A DNA stretch of 16,622 bases, taken from NCBI GenBank assembly GCA_038998625.1, contig JAWADS010000007.1, forward strand, positions 1-16,622, given 5' to 3'. Under the pieces are notes generated by a model. That model was given only the letters and a program-made list of their open reading frames with translations. It searched no databases and was not told where the DNA came from. Below, one piece after another: positions 1-8,446 of this stretch. The stretch's first letter is position 1; each line of letters begins with the position of its first letter. The position numbers were made by a program, and so were the translations under genes. This stretch comes from Candidatus Aenigmatarchaeota archaeon. Its GTDB lineage: Archaea; Aenigmatarchaeota; Aenigmatarchaeia; CG10238-14; SCSR01.

Positions 1-2
1 AA

Positions 3-482
3 AGATCACCAAAATTAACAAAAATACCTGAAAATTTTTATTCTGCCGTAGCAGATTACATCAATAAAAAAAGAAAAATAATTGGTGAGGATAGGAAAAC
101 TGTTCTTGAGATAAAAAACATCGAAAGGTTAATTGAAGATATTTTTAATAGAAGGGAGAGAAAAATAATAAACTTTGCAATTATAAATGCTAGAACCGGA
201 ATTCATCCAGAAAATTTGATTGAAGAGGAAAAAGGATTTTATCAAAGTTTGGTAGAAATTATAAAAAAACGAAGGGATGATAATCTAAAAAAAATTCTTG
301 AAGAAAAAAAAGAGGAATTGGTTACAATGGTTATTTTTAAGGAAGACATGCCTGAATTTTTGGGTTCAGATGAAAAAATTTACGGCCCCTTCAAGAAAGG
401 GGATATAGCAAAACTACCAGAAGAAAATATTCGCGTTTTGGTTGAAAAAGGCATAGCAGAAGAATTTAAAGTACCGAAATAA
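3..482 (+). CDS. GINS complex subunit (Gins15/Gins51 family), 5'-truncated by window edge
   Basis: Frame of ORF 216..482 is open back to base 3 ([19 protein letters not shown]...[11 protein letters not shown]...PENLIEEEK). C-terminal B-domain [34 protein letters not shown]. Sits directly upstream of rpl44e-rps27e, its conserved archaeal context. Confidence 0.85.
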   Translation, partial: RSPKLTKIPENFYSAVADYINKKRKIIGEDRKTVLEIKNIERLIEDIFNRRERKIINFAIINARTGIHPENLIEEEKGFYQSLVEIIKKRRDDNLKKILEEKKEELVTMVIFKEDMPEFLGSDEKIYGPFKKGDIAKLPEENIRVLVEKGIAEEFKVPK

Positions 483-504
483 TTTTATTAAAAAGGTAAG
501 CTAT

Positions 505-789
505 ATGAAATTTCCAAAGGAGATAAAAACTTTTTGCCCTGTTTGTAAGAAGCATACTTTGCATACTGTGGAGATTGCCAAAAGGAAAACTAGGAGAACC
601 CTTGCCCACGGTCAAAGAAGGTTCCTCAGAAAATTGAAAGGCTATGGTTCTTTCCCTAAGGAAAACCCAAAAGGAAGGGAAAAGCCCACGAAAAAGGTTG
701 ATTTAAGATTCAAGTGTAAAGATTGTGGAAAAATTCATACTAGAGGAGAAGGTTTTCGAGCTAAAAAATTTGAATTGGTGAAAGTTTGA
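505..789 (+). CDS. rpl44e: 50S ribosomal protein L44e (eL42)
   Basis: [18 protein letters not shown]...GYGSFP...[17 protein letters not shown] zinc ribbon. SD-like AGGT at 494-497. Confidence 0.97.
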   Translation: MKFPKEIKTFCPVCKKHTLHTVEIAKRKTRRTLAHGQRRFLRKLKGYGSFPKENPKGREKPTKKVDLRFKCKDCGKIHTRGEGFRAKKFELVKV

Positions 790-983
790 TGAAAGGAATA
801 GTTTCTATGCCTAAATCAAAGTTTCTAAGAGTTTTGTGCAAAAAATGTAAAAATGAACAAATAATTTTTGACAAGGCGGCCAATGTAATAAATTGTTTTA
901 AGTGTAATACTGAGTTAGCTTTACCTAGTGGAGGAAAAGTTAGATTAACAAATAATGTTAAAGTAGTGAAAGAATTGAGTTGA
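789..983 (+). CDS. rps27e: 30S ribosomal protein S27e
   Basis: PKSKFLRVLCKKCKNEQIIF...CFKC...PSGGK zinc ribbon. ATG at 789 overlaps the rpl44e stop (TGATG), with GGTGA at 777-781. The track start (TTG 786) is one codon earlier. Confidence 0.96.
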   Translation: MKGIVSMPKSKFLRVLCKKCKNEQIIFDKAANVINCFKCNTELALPSGGKVRLTNNVKVVKELS

Positions 984-992
984 TGGCTTAGC

Positions 993-1006
993 AAAAAATT
1001 TATAAG
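993..1006 (+). promoter_or_regulatory. Putative BRE/TATA promoter of hsp20
   Basis: Purine run AAAAAA followed by TTTATAAG (999-1006), about 33 nt before the ATG at 1040. Confidence 0.45.
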
Positions 1007-1039
1007 AAAGTTCAACTTAAAATTTTTTTAAGGATTACC

Positions 1040-1474
1040 ATGCCAATATGGGAAGAAGATATTTTTGAAGAATTGGAAAGAATGAGGAGAAGAATTCATG
1101 AGCTTATGCGCAAAATGTGGGAACCTATAGAAGAAGAATTTATCGCTTTTAGAAGTTTTCCTGTAGATTTAAGGGAGACTGATGAGGAAATAATAGCTAA
1201 GGCGGATTTACCTGGTTTTAATAAGGATGAAATATCCGTCAAGGCTACTGAAAATACTTTGGAAATAACAGCTCAACATAAAGAAAAGAAAATTGAAAAG
1301 GGAGAGGGAATCTATAAGGCCGAAAAGAAATTTGGAGTATTAAAAAGATTTCTTACCTTACCAGCAAAAGTAGATTATTCGAAAGCTGAGGCAAAATTTG
1401 AAAACGGAGTTTTGACTGTAAAACTTCCGAAGAAAGAAAAGAAAAAGGTTGGTAAAGAGATTAAAATTAAATAA
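1040..1474 (+). CDS. Small heat shock protein (Hsp20/alpha-crystallin family)
   Basis: PVDLRETDEEIIAKADLPG...AKFENGVLTVKLPK and a C-terminal IxI motif (IKI). Confidence 0.95.
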   Translation: MPIWEEDIFEELERMRRRIHELMRKMWEPIEEEFIAFRSFPVDLRETDEEIIAKADLPGFNKDEISVKATENTLEITAQHKEKKIEKGEGIYKAEKKFGVLKRFLTLPAKVDYSKAEAKFENGVLTVKLPKKEKKKVGKEIKIK

Positions 1475-1499
1475 ATTAAATAATATAAAAATGAAAAAT

Positions 1500-1862
1500 T
1501 CATCTTATTAAAGCCATAATAATTTCTTCTTTTGGTTTTTGTTTTTCTTCAACAAAATACATAACATCAAAAAATTCTGGATGAGGGTAAATATCAAAAG
1601 TTTCGGGAGTAACTTCTAAAAATCGATTTAATAAATAACGCTCAGAAATAATATTAAAAATTAAATTATAACCGATGAGAACTTTATTAACATCATAAGT
1701 TTTTATGATATTAGTCCATCGCCATTTAATAATTGTCGCTTTGATTGCCCAATCTTTTTCTAAAAATATTTTTTCTGCACTACCAAATTCCTTTATTTTA
1801 TACCTTCTTTCTTCTAACCAATTATAAAATTTTTTATACTTCTCTAAGTTTTCTTCAAACAA
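1500..1862 (-). CDS. Hypothetical protein (120 aa)
   Basis: Open frame with TTG start preceded by SD-like AAGGTA. Co-oriented just downstream of rtcA. No family recognised. Confidence 0.6.
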   Translation of the reverse strand: MFEENLEKYKKFYNWLEERRYKIKEFGSAEKIFLEKDWAIKATIIKWRWTNIIKTYDVNKVLIGYNLIFNIISERYLLNRFLEVTPETFDIYPHPEFFDVMYFVEEKQKPKEEIIMALIR

Positions 1863-1896
1863 GTTTACCTTTTAAAAAATTTGCAAAAAAAGAAAT

Positions 1897-2928
1897 TTAT
1901 TCCTTAAAACCAACTCCATCAACGCTAATTATTTTTCTATTTTTATCAATTTCGAATTTTACACCAAGAATTTGTTCGCAAACTCTTATATTAGTTTCGC
2001 AATGTTCTGTTATTTCTTCGACCTTTATTTCGCTTGTACCACTAGCTAGAGCAATAAAAGGAATTATTTGATCTGCCATAAATTTATCTAAGGCTGCCTC
2101 GCTTTCAATAGATTTAATTAATTCCTTTGCTGCCTCCTCACCAATATTTTCTGCCCTCACTCCTTTTTTTCCAATATTATCTGAGCCCAAAATTGAATTT
2201 TCGCATTCTGCCCAAAGGGTTATGGAAGTTCCTGGAGATAAAGATTTTTCAACTTGTGGAGTAATTTCTATTTCCTCATAATTTTTTAGTAATAGATTTT
2301 TTGCAGCATTGGCTTGCCTATACGCAACATCTATAGGTAAATTGCAAGCTAATGAAATTCCTTTTATTTTTTTAACTTTACCCCTTTCAATTAATTTTAC
2401 TGAGCTTAATTTCTCTACAGGGAAAAATTTTATTTTTACTAGGCCACCGCCTTTTGGGTATCCTCCTTGTTGCTTAATTTCAATTTCAGGCTCTTTTAGG
2501 CCCAATTTTGAGAGAATTGGAAAAGCTATGTATTTCAAATATTCTATTGTGGGCGCTCCTAACCCAAAGGTACCTCCTTTTATTTCAAGTTCAACTTCCT
2601 TATCAGCAAAAATTAGTAGGGGTGAGAGGGTTTGAAGTAATAAAGCTATACTTCCGGCAGTACCGATATTTATGAACTTTTTATTTTCAAAATGATGTTT
2701 TTTTGGGGAAAACTCTACTTCAAGGGAGCCAACCTTCAATCCTTTTACATGAGCATTGCAAAACTCTGAAGCTATTTTTATTCCAGTGGCGTGTTGGGCC
2801 ATAAGACCTGGGCGCGGCCTTCCTTTTCTAATGTTAATAACTTTTACTGGTTTTAACGTAAGAGAAGATAAAGCTATGGCCGTTCTTAATACTTGTCCCC
2901 ATCCTATTCCACCATCAATTAAAATCAT
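1897..2928 (-). CDS. rtcA: RNA 3'-terminal phosphate cyclase
   Basis: GQVLRTA, NIRKGRPRPGLMAQH, IGTAGSIALLLQ, GGYPKGGG, DKFMADQ, and catalytic His in TEHCETN. Confidence 0.93.
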   Translation of the reverse strand: MILIDGGIGWGQVLRTAIALSSLTLKPVKVINIRKGRPRPGLMAQHATGIKIASEFCNAHVKGLKVGSLEVEFSPKKHHFENKKFINIGTAGSIALLLQTLSPLLIFADKEVELEIKGGTFGLGAPTIEYLKYIAFPILSKLGLKEPEIEIKQQGGYPKGGGLVKIKFFPVEKLSSVKLIERGKVKKIKGISLACNLPIDVAYRQANAAKNLLLKNYEEIEITPQVEKSLSPGTSITLWAECENSILGSDNIGKKGVRAENIGEEAAKELIKSIESEAALDKFMADQIIPFIALASGTSEIKVEEITEHCETNIRVCEQILGVKFEIDKNRKIISVDGVGFKE

Positions 2929-2941
2929 AAATTTTATTTAG

Positions 2942-3166
2942 TTACTTTTTTAATAATAGATGTGCTAGCCAGACTGCCAATATAGCCAAAATTGAAGTTA
3001 TTATAGAAGCGTAAAAAGAATAGAGCAAACTTTCCTTTGCAGGAACATATTGTGTTATGAAAAGGGAAATTGTATCCTTCCAAAATAAAGCAGCTGCAAT
3101 ACCAAAAGCTGTTGAAATTAACCAGAGGATTTGCTGCTTTAGAGTTATGTAATTCTTTTTCGCCAT
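2942..3166 (-). CDS. Small two-TM membrane protein, DUF5654-like
   Basis: TAFGIAAALFWKDTI motif and two hydrophobic helices resemble DUF5654 (AFGLxAALAW). Confidence 0.7.
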   Translation of the reverse strand: MAKKNYITLKQQILWLISTAFGIAAALFWKDTISLFITQYVPAKESLLYSFYASIITSILAILAVWLAHLLLKK

Positions 3167-3211
3167 AATTATTGCTTTATTTTCCTATTTTGCTATTTTA
3201 TTTTTTAATCA

Positions 3212-3349
3212 ATTAAAATTATCTTCATTTATTTTAACTATTCTATCACCAGAAGTGCCGATTTTTATATAATCACAACCCAAACCTACTGCTAGATGGC
3301 AAATTAAAGTATCTTCTGTAAGACATTATAGTAAAAATTTTTTATTTTC
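3212..3349 (-). repeat. Degenerate duplicate of the enolase 3' end (direct repeat of 4029-4209)
   Basis: 3224-3319 is identical to 4072-4167 (96 bp). Flanks match with deletions: gacattatagtaaaaattt on one side, attaaaatta on the other. Confidence 0.95.
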
Positions 3350-3389
3350 AAGTTCTAATCAATTTTAAAACTGCATTGTTGTAGGGTAT

Positions 3390-3872
3390 TCACTTATTAT
3401 CTACTAGAAAGCGTTCGAATTCTTCAAGGAGCTCGATGGCATTGTCAAATCTCCCTATAATTCTAATCCGAGGCGGGTAATAGAGTACCCATACTTTATC
3501 TTTATTTTTCCCACCTAAAAGATCCATTTTTTCCCCTATCATAGCATTTGGATAATCTTTAATTTTATATCCCTCTTTCATAAATGCCTTAATCAAACCA
3601 GGTATGTTATTAATTCTTTTGTTTGCATAAGCAGCCTCTACTACCGATTTTTTAGAAAATAAAAAATGTACATCAACAGCAACTGATTTGTCTTTCGAAA
3701 TCAAGGCTAAATTATAACCACTTCCATAATCCTCAACCGAGGTTACTTCAATTCCATCTCCTTTAAGATATTCCTGGAGGTAAGGCTTAGCGTGCTCTGG
3801 GTGAAGATTTTCTGCAAATTTCATTCTTTTCTTAAATTCCTCTTCGTTTAATTTTTTCACTACCAATGACAT
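3390..3872 (-). CDS. Hypothetical protein (160 aa) between the two eno 3'-end copies
   Basis: ATG start with a clear GGTGA SD. No confident family. Confidence 0.75.
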   Translation of the reverse strand: MSLVVKKLNEEEFKKRMKFAENLHPEHAKPYLQEYLKGDGIEVTSVEDYGSGYNLALISKDKSVAVDVHFLFSKKSVVEAAYANKRINNIPGLIKAFMKEGYKIKDYPNAMIGEKMDLLGGKNKDKVWVLYYPPRIRIIGRFDNAIELLEEFERFLVDNK

Positions 3873-4035
3873 ATTTTCACCACTGGATGGGAATAGTTAA
3901 TTAAATAGAATAGCTAATTTAATAATTTAAATAATTTCAGTGCCTTAGAAGATAAATAAATATCCATGAGATTTCTAGTCAGAGTGTCAATGTTCTATTG
4001 CTTCGCTACTTTATTTCTTTCAATTCGTATTAAAA

Positions 4036-5205
4036 TTAAATATTTTGTAAAAGCTCTTCTATTCTTATCATTTCATTTATTTTAACTATTCTATCACCAG
4101 AAGTGCCGATTTTTATATAATCACAACCCAAACCTACTGCTAGATGGCAAATTAAAGTATCTTCTGTCTCACCGCTTCTGTGGGACATTATAGTAAAAAT
4201 TTTATTTTCTTTGGCAAGCTTTACAAAATTTATTACATCAGTTATTGTGCCTATTTGATTAGGTTTAACTATTGCCGCATTTATAGACTTCATTTCTATG
4301 GCACCTTTTAACCTTTTAGTGTTTGTTGCAAGTAAATCATCACCACAAATCATTTTTGGGGCTAATTGTCTTGTAGCAACGCTAAATGATATAAAGTCAT
4401 TTTCGTGAAAGGGATCCTCCAGATAAATTATCGGAAATTTTTTAGCAAGATTAGTTATAAAATCCAATTGTTCTTGTGAAGAAAAAACAAAATTGTTGTT
4501 GGAGTAAACATAGTATTGTTTTTCATCCCACATTTGTGAAGCAGCAAAATCTAATCCAATTTTTAACAAAAGTTCATTAGCAACTTTAGTTAAAATTTTT
4601 AAAATATCATTCATTGGTAAACGTGTAAACCATGCCGATTCTAAATCTTTTGTAAAATTAAAAGAAGGATCTTTTTGTTTAATCATTTCCGCTATTTTAA
4701 AGTAAGCTTGCATAATTTTTTCAATATTTTCCCTAAAGGAAATCTGATGTACAGGCAAAAGCAAATATTCCTCTATATCCCTATATCCTTTGAAGCCTAC
4801 AATATTACAAATAGGTCTAGGTAATTCAACTTTTTTTCCTTTCGACAAAAATTCAAATATTTCTTGATTATTTTGTTGAGCAAAGGCCTTTAAAAAAGCT
4901 GAAGAAATAGCTAAAGCTAAATTTCCACCGATTTCTTTGAATTTTTCTGAAGGGTCTATAGAGTGCAAAAAATTATCAACTTCTTCCTGAGTTTTAAAAT
5001 TTTGTAGCAAAAATTTGTTTTTTATAAAGAGAAATTTTTTCTTGGCTTCTTCTGTATTTAAATAAGCTACTTCATAGGTTCCTTTACTAGTTCCTATTGG
5101 CACAGAACTTCTAACCTTACCTTTTTCAGTCTCTATTTCTAATTCTAAAGTTTTTTTAGAGTTTGTAGCATATATTTCTCTTAACCTTATATTTTTTACC
5201 ATCAT
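4036..5205 (-). CDS. eno: Enolase (phosphopyruvate hydratase), divergent
   Basis: GGNLALAIS, LPRP, GLDFAAS, YLEDPFHEND, CGDDLLATN, VKPNQIGT, MSHRSGETED, YIKIG motifs. Confidence 0.92.
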   Translation of the reverse strand: MMVKNIRLREIYATNSKKTLELEIETEKGKVRSSVPIGTSKGTYEVAYLNTEEAKKKFLFIKNKFLLQNFKTQEEVDNFLHSIDPSEKFKEIGGNLALAISSAFLKAFAQQNNQEIFEFLSKGKKVELPRPICNIVGFKGYRDIEEYLLLPVHQISFRENIEKIMQAYFKIAEMIKQKDPSFNFTKDLESAWFTRLPMNDILKILTKVANELLLKIGLDFAASQMWDEKQYYVYSNNNFVFSSQEQLDFITNLAKKFPIIYLEDPFHENDFISFSVATRQLAPKMICGDDLLATNTKRLKGAIEMKSINAAIVKPNQIGTITDVINFVKLAKENKIFTIMSHRSGETEDTLICHLAVGLGCDYIKIGTSGDRIVKINEMIRIEELLQNI

Positions 5206-5265
5206 TCAATTTATATTTAGATTTTCGATAAAATGTTTTTTGAATTTTTAAAAATTAATTAAAAA

Positions 5266-5874
5266 TTAAAATAAAAGTAGAAAAGCTATAAACCCTGCCA
5301 ACAATCCACCAAAATGTCCGAATTCGCCAAAACTGTTGGGGAAATTATAGAAAAAAAGAATTAACTGAAAAAGAAGATAAAAAATAATTCCAATTCCCAA
5401 AGGAACTTTTGGGCTCTTTAAAAAGAGATAAAAAGGAAGGGAAAAAACATTAAGTATGGGTACTAAAATTGCAGGTATCTCCTCTCGACCAGCCAATGCT
5501 CCTGCAAGAAAAAGAAGACCAAAAAGCCCACCAGAAGAACCGAGAATTATTAGAGATATGTCTAAAAAATATTGTATTAAAAAGAGAAGTAGAGAAGAAA
5601 AAATTCCAGAAAAAATGAAAATCAGAAAAAATTTTATTGAACCTATTTTTTCTTCTATTCGCAAACCTATAGCCAGCAAAAACAACATGTTGCCAGCTAT
5701 GTGTAGCAAATCTTTATGCAAAAACTGAAAGGTTAGAATTCTGTAAGGCTGATATAAAAGTTTGTCCGCCTTCAAGCTTAGCTCTTCTATTAAAAAAGGG
5801 AAGTCTAAAGAAAAGAGAAAAATTGCCAAAGAAATTAAAAATATCACAAGGGATGCCAAAGGTAACTCTGCCAT
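5266..5874 (-). CDS. Rhomboid family intramembrane serine protease
   Basis: YRILTFQFLH, HIAGNM, GSSGG (catalytic Ser), GHFGG (catalytic His). The ATG at 5874 lies 1 nt after the apgM stop and is preferred over the track start at 5886. Confidence 0.9.
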   Translation of the reverse strand: MAELPLASLVIFLISLAIFLFSLDFPFLIEELSLKADKLLYQPYRILTFQFLHKDLLHIAGNMLFLLAIGLRIEEKIGSIKFFLIFIFSGIFSSLLLFLIQYFLDISLIILGSSGGLFGLLFLAGALAGREEIPAILVPILNVFSLPFYLFLKSPKVPLGIGIIFYLLFQLILFFYNFPNSFGEFGHFGGLLAGFIAFLLLF

Positions 5875-5875
5875 A

Positions 5876-7081
5876 TTATTTGCCAAATATATATTTCCAA
5901 AGCTTCTTTCCGTTATAATTTTTTAACTTTCCTTTTTTTACAGACATTTCATCAAATTTTCCAACATTATCCTTACCTTTACCATAAACTAAAACTGGTA
6001 CATTTCCTTGAATGTGCATTTTTTTCTCAGTAGATGTTATGTGATCTGTTGTTATGACTAAAATTCCATCAAAACTTTTAAAATCTGCTAACCAAGAATC
6101 TATTTCTTCTATCATTTCTTTCTTTCTTTCAAAATCTCCATCATGTCCAGCTTCGTCTGTGTCTTTCAAATGGACTATAACTAAGTCGTATTCCGTTAAA
6201 ACTTCATGAATACTTTCAAAAATATAATTTAGTTTACTTTCAAAATCTAGCTCAGGAACTTTTATTGAATTAAAACCTGATAACATAAAAACTGCTCGTA
6301 CTGCACCTGGTTCTGTGATGCAAATTGGCTTAACTTTCCATTTTTTATCAAAGTGGGGCATTAAATCTAGCAAAACATTTCCACCTTCCCTAACCAAAAT
6401 ATAATTAGCTGGAGGTAAATTCTGGGCAAGACGCTCCGCATTGGCAGGATGAAATTCTATTACATTAAAAACTTTGTCAATAAACTCTTGAACAAGTTTA
6501 GCACTTAGTTCAGCTTCAGCCTTTAAAGCATGAATTCTTTTGACTCTTTCTCCTGTTTTCATCGGATCGTTTGAAGAAATGTTATCGTTTAATTTTTCTT
6601 TTATAATTAGAACAGCTCTATGACCATAAACACGCATAAATGTGTAAGGCACACCTATGTCAACATGCTCATTAATGTAGCGAGCTATTTCTTCTAACTT
6701 ATAAGAACTTCTTCCAGCTCTTCTATCTACAACTTTCATTTCTGTATCTACAGTAGCAAAATTACATCTAATTGCCAAATACCCCTCTTTATATGGAATG
6801 TCTACCCCTACAGCCTCTAAAGGGCCCCTTCTTAATTTTTCAAATTTTTTTAAATCATAACCAAGAAGAGAAATTGTAGCAAAAGGACTTATACTAGCAG
6901 CATGCTCTTGCCAAAATTTTTTAGGGACTAAATTTAATTCTCCTACTACACCATTCTTAGCAAAAAAGTCTATGTTTGGTTTTTTGGCTTCGCTCAAGGG
7001 AGTTTTATTTTTTATTGGTATATCAGCCAAGCCATCTAAAAGGAAAAAAACAACTTTCTTTTTTTCTCTAATCTTTGCCAT
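5876..7081 (-). CDS. apgM: 2,3-bisphosphoglycerate-independent phosphoglycerate mutase (archaeal ApgM)
   Basis: LDGLAD, TPLSEAKKPNID, SLLGYD, RGPLEA, RCNFAT, DRRAGR, DEAGHDG, TTDH. Start taken at MAKIREKK (7081) rather than TTG 7138. Confidence 0.92.
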   Translation of the reverse strand: MAKIREKKKVVFFLLDGLADIPIKNKTPLSEAKKPNIDFFAKNGVVGELNLVPKKFWQEHAASISPFATISLLGYDLKKFEKLRRGPLEAVGVDIPYKEGYLAIRCNFATVDTEMKVVDRRAGRSSYKLEEIARYINEHVDIGVPYTFMRVYGHRAVLIIKEKLNDNISSNDPMKTGERVKRIHALKAEAELSAKLVQEFIDKVFNVIEFHPANAERLAQNLPPANYILVREGGNVLLDLMPHFDKKWKVKPICITEPGAVRAVFMLSGFNSIKVPELDFESKLNYIFESIHEVLTEYDLVIVHLKDTDEAGHDGDFERKKEMIEEIDSWLADFKSFDGILVITTDHITSTEKKMHIQGNVPVLVYGKGKDNVGKFDEMSVKKGKLKNYNGKKLWKYIFGK

Positions 7082-7198
7082 ATAATAAATTTTATTTTCG
7101 ATTAATTTACTGATTTTGGAAAGCTCTGTTTCTCTCAATCAAAGCACTAACCTTTACTTAAATTAATAAACTTATCATGCTTACTTTCTTTTTAATTT

Positions 7199-7723
7199 TT
7201 ATTTTTCTTTCATGTTTATTGGGCCCTGCTCATCTACCAATCTCAAAATATTTTCCACTCTTTTCAAAACAATCTTAAAATATCTTAGCTCTTCTTCTCT
7301 ATTTCCATTCATAAGCCCCGCTCTTGCTCTGCCAAAAGCTTCATCTAATTCTTTTATCTCATTATAACGTTCTTCTAGATATTCATAAAATTCTCCAGTT
7401 ATTTTGTGACCTTTAAATCGGAAAATAGAGAAATATGGTTTGCCTTGAATATTACAATAACCAAAAAGAGTGAACTTTCCCTTATAATGGTCCAATCTAA
7501 TTGAAATTGGCAAATATTCATCACACCTCATTCCTAATTTTTCCATTACCCAATTATAGAATGTTTCATATCGCATAGTCCCAATATCTATAAATTCTTC
7601 TACTTCACCCCTGTACTGTTCATCATAATTTAAAATAGAAAATGCAAGCTGATGATAATAACCTACTTCATTAGTTCCCACTCTCGTACTACCCCGCAAT
7701 TTTGGCTTTTCCATTCTCTTCAC
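7199..7723 (-). CDS. Hypothetical protein (~171-174 aa)
   Basis: Long open frame coupled to the upstream ORF (GTGA overlap). An alternative ATG at 7714 has an AGGTGA SD. No family recognised. Confidence 0.7.
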   Translation of the reverse strand: MKRMEKPKLRGSTRVGTNEVGYYHQLAFSILNYDEQYRGEVEEFIDIGTMRYETFYNWVMEKLGMRCDEYLPISIRLDHYKGKFTLFGYCNIQGKPYFSIFRFKGHKITGEFYEYLEERYNEIKELDEAFGRARAGLMNGNREEELRYFKIVLKRVENILRLVDEQGPINMKEK

Positions 7724-7977
7724 CTTATTTCATTTAACATCTCTTTAGCATAATCGGCCAATTTTTTACTTAATATACTTTTAGCCTTTATAATTTTTAT
7801 TCTACTTTCTTTATCATTCTTAAGTTGCTCTAAAGCATGCAAAGCTATAAAAGCAGATTGCAGCTCCAACCAAAAGAAAGCCCTTTCTAAAGCCTTTCTA
7901 TCTAAAGTTTTTAATGCTATCTCTTTCCATTTTTTGTAATATTCATTGCACATTGCTAATTGATTCTCTATAGCCAT
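7720..7977 (-). CDS. Hypothetical helical protein (85 aa)
   Basis: ATG with AGGTG SD. Charged, helical composition. Confidence 0.7.
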   Translation of the reverse strand: MAIENQLAMCNEYYKKWKEIALKTLDRKALERAFFWLELQSAFIALHALEQLKNDKESRIKIIKAKSILSKKLADYAKEMLNEIR

Positions 7978-8089
7978 TTATGCACCTTTTTTGTTCACTA
8001 TAAAGTAGCTACATATAGGTTATATAAAGATTTCTATACTTTAGTGTAATTACCATTTAGAAGTAAAGTTAAACAAAAAATTTAAATAG

Positions 8090-8362
8090 GTGGAAATAAA
8101 AAAAAATGAAAGGAAAAGGATTAAAATGCCCGTATACAAAGACTGTGAAATCTCTAGGGCCATACAACAATATATTAATCAAGAGTTTTATAAAGAGATG
8201 AAAGGCAGCAGAATAGTAAAGATTTCCATTGAAAGTAGTAGTGATAAAAACGATCCCACTTATCGAGTTTATTGTGAACAAACTAGTTTCACCCGTTCAT
8301 CTTCCCCAAACTTCTCTTTTAGAGTTAAACTATCGCAATTAGAGCGTTACCTAAAAAAGTAA
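8090..8362 (+). CDS. Hypothetical protein (start uncertain: GTG 8090 or ATG 8126)
   Basis: Open frame divergent from the 7977 gene and co-oriented with the two following ORFs. Confidence 0.5.
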   Translation: MEIKKNERKRIKMPVYKDCEISRAIQQYINQEFYKEMKGSRIVKISIESSSDKNDPTYRVYCEQTSFTRSSSPNFSFRVKLSQLERYLKK

Positions 8363-8416
8363 TTGCATAAAGTGAGTAACTACTTGTAAGAAAATAAAAA
8401 TATATGCCATAATATA

Positions 8417-8430
8417 GAAAAGTTTATAAA
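8417..8430 (+). promoter_or_regulatory. Putative BRE/TATA promoter
   Basis: GAAAAG-TTTATAAA matches the archaeal BRE+TATA consensus, about 30 nt upstream of ATG 8462. Confidence 0.5.
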
Positions 8431-8446
8431 TAAATACTACCATTCA

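Noticed and set aside
761..2941. Track ORFs 761..1015(-), 1745..2071(+), 2309..2635(+), 2756..2941(+)
   Set aside because: Antisense shadows of rps27e and rtcA with no motifs.
3224..3319. eno repeat as a diversity-generating retroelement TR/VR pair or CRISPR-like repeat
   Set aside because: The core is fully identical with no adenine-specific mismatches, there are only two copies, and no reverse transcriptase or cas gene is in the window.
8098..8201. Alternative ATG 8106 frame (MKGKGLKCPY..., 31 aa) behind an A-run, suggesting a frameshifted or phase-variable gene
   Set aside because: A-runs are common in this AT-rich DNA and no homology supports joining the frames.
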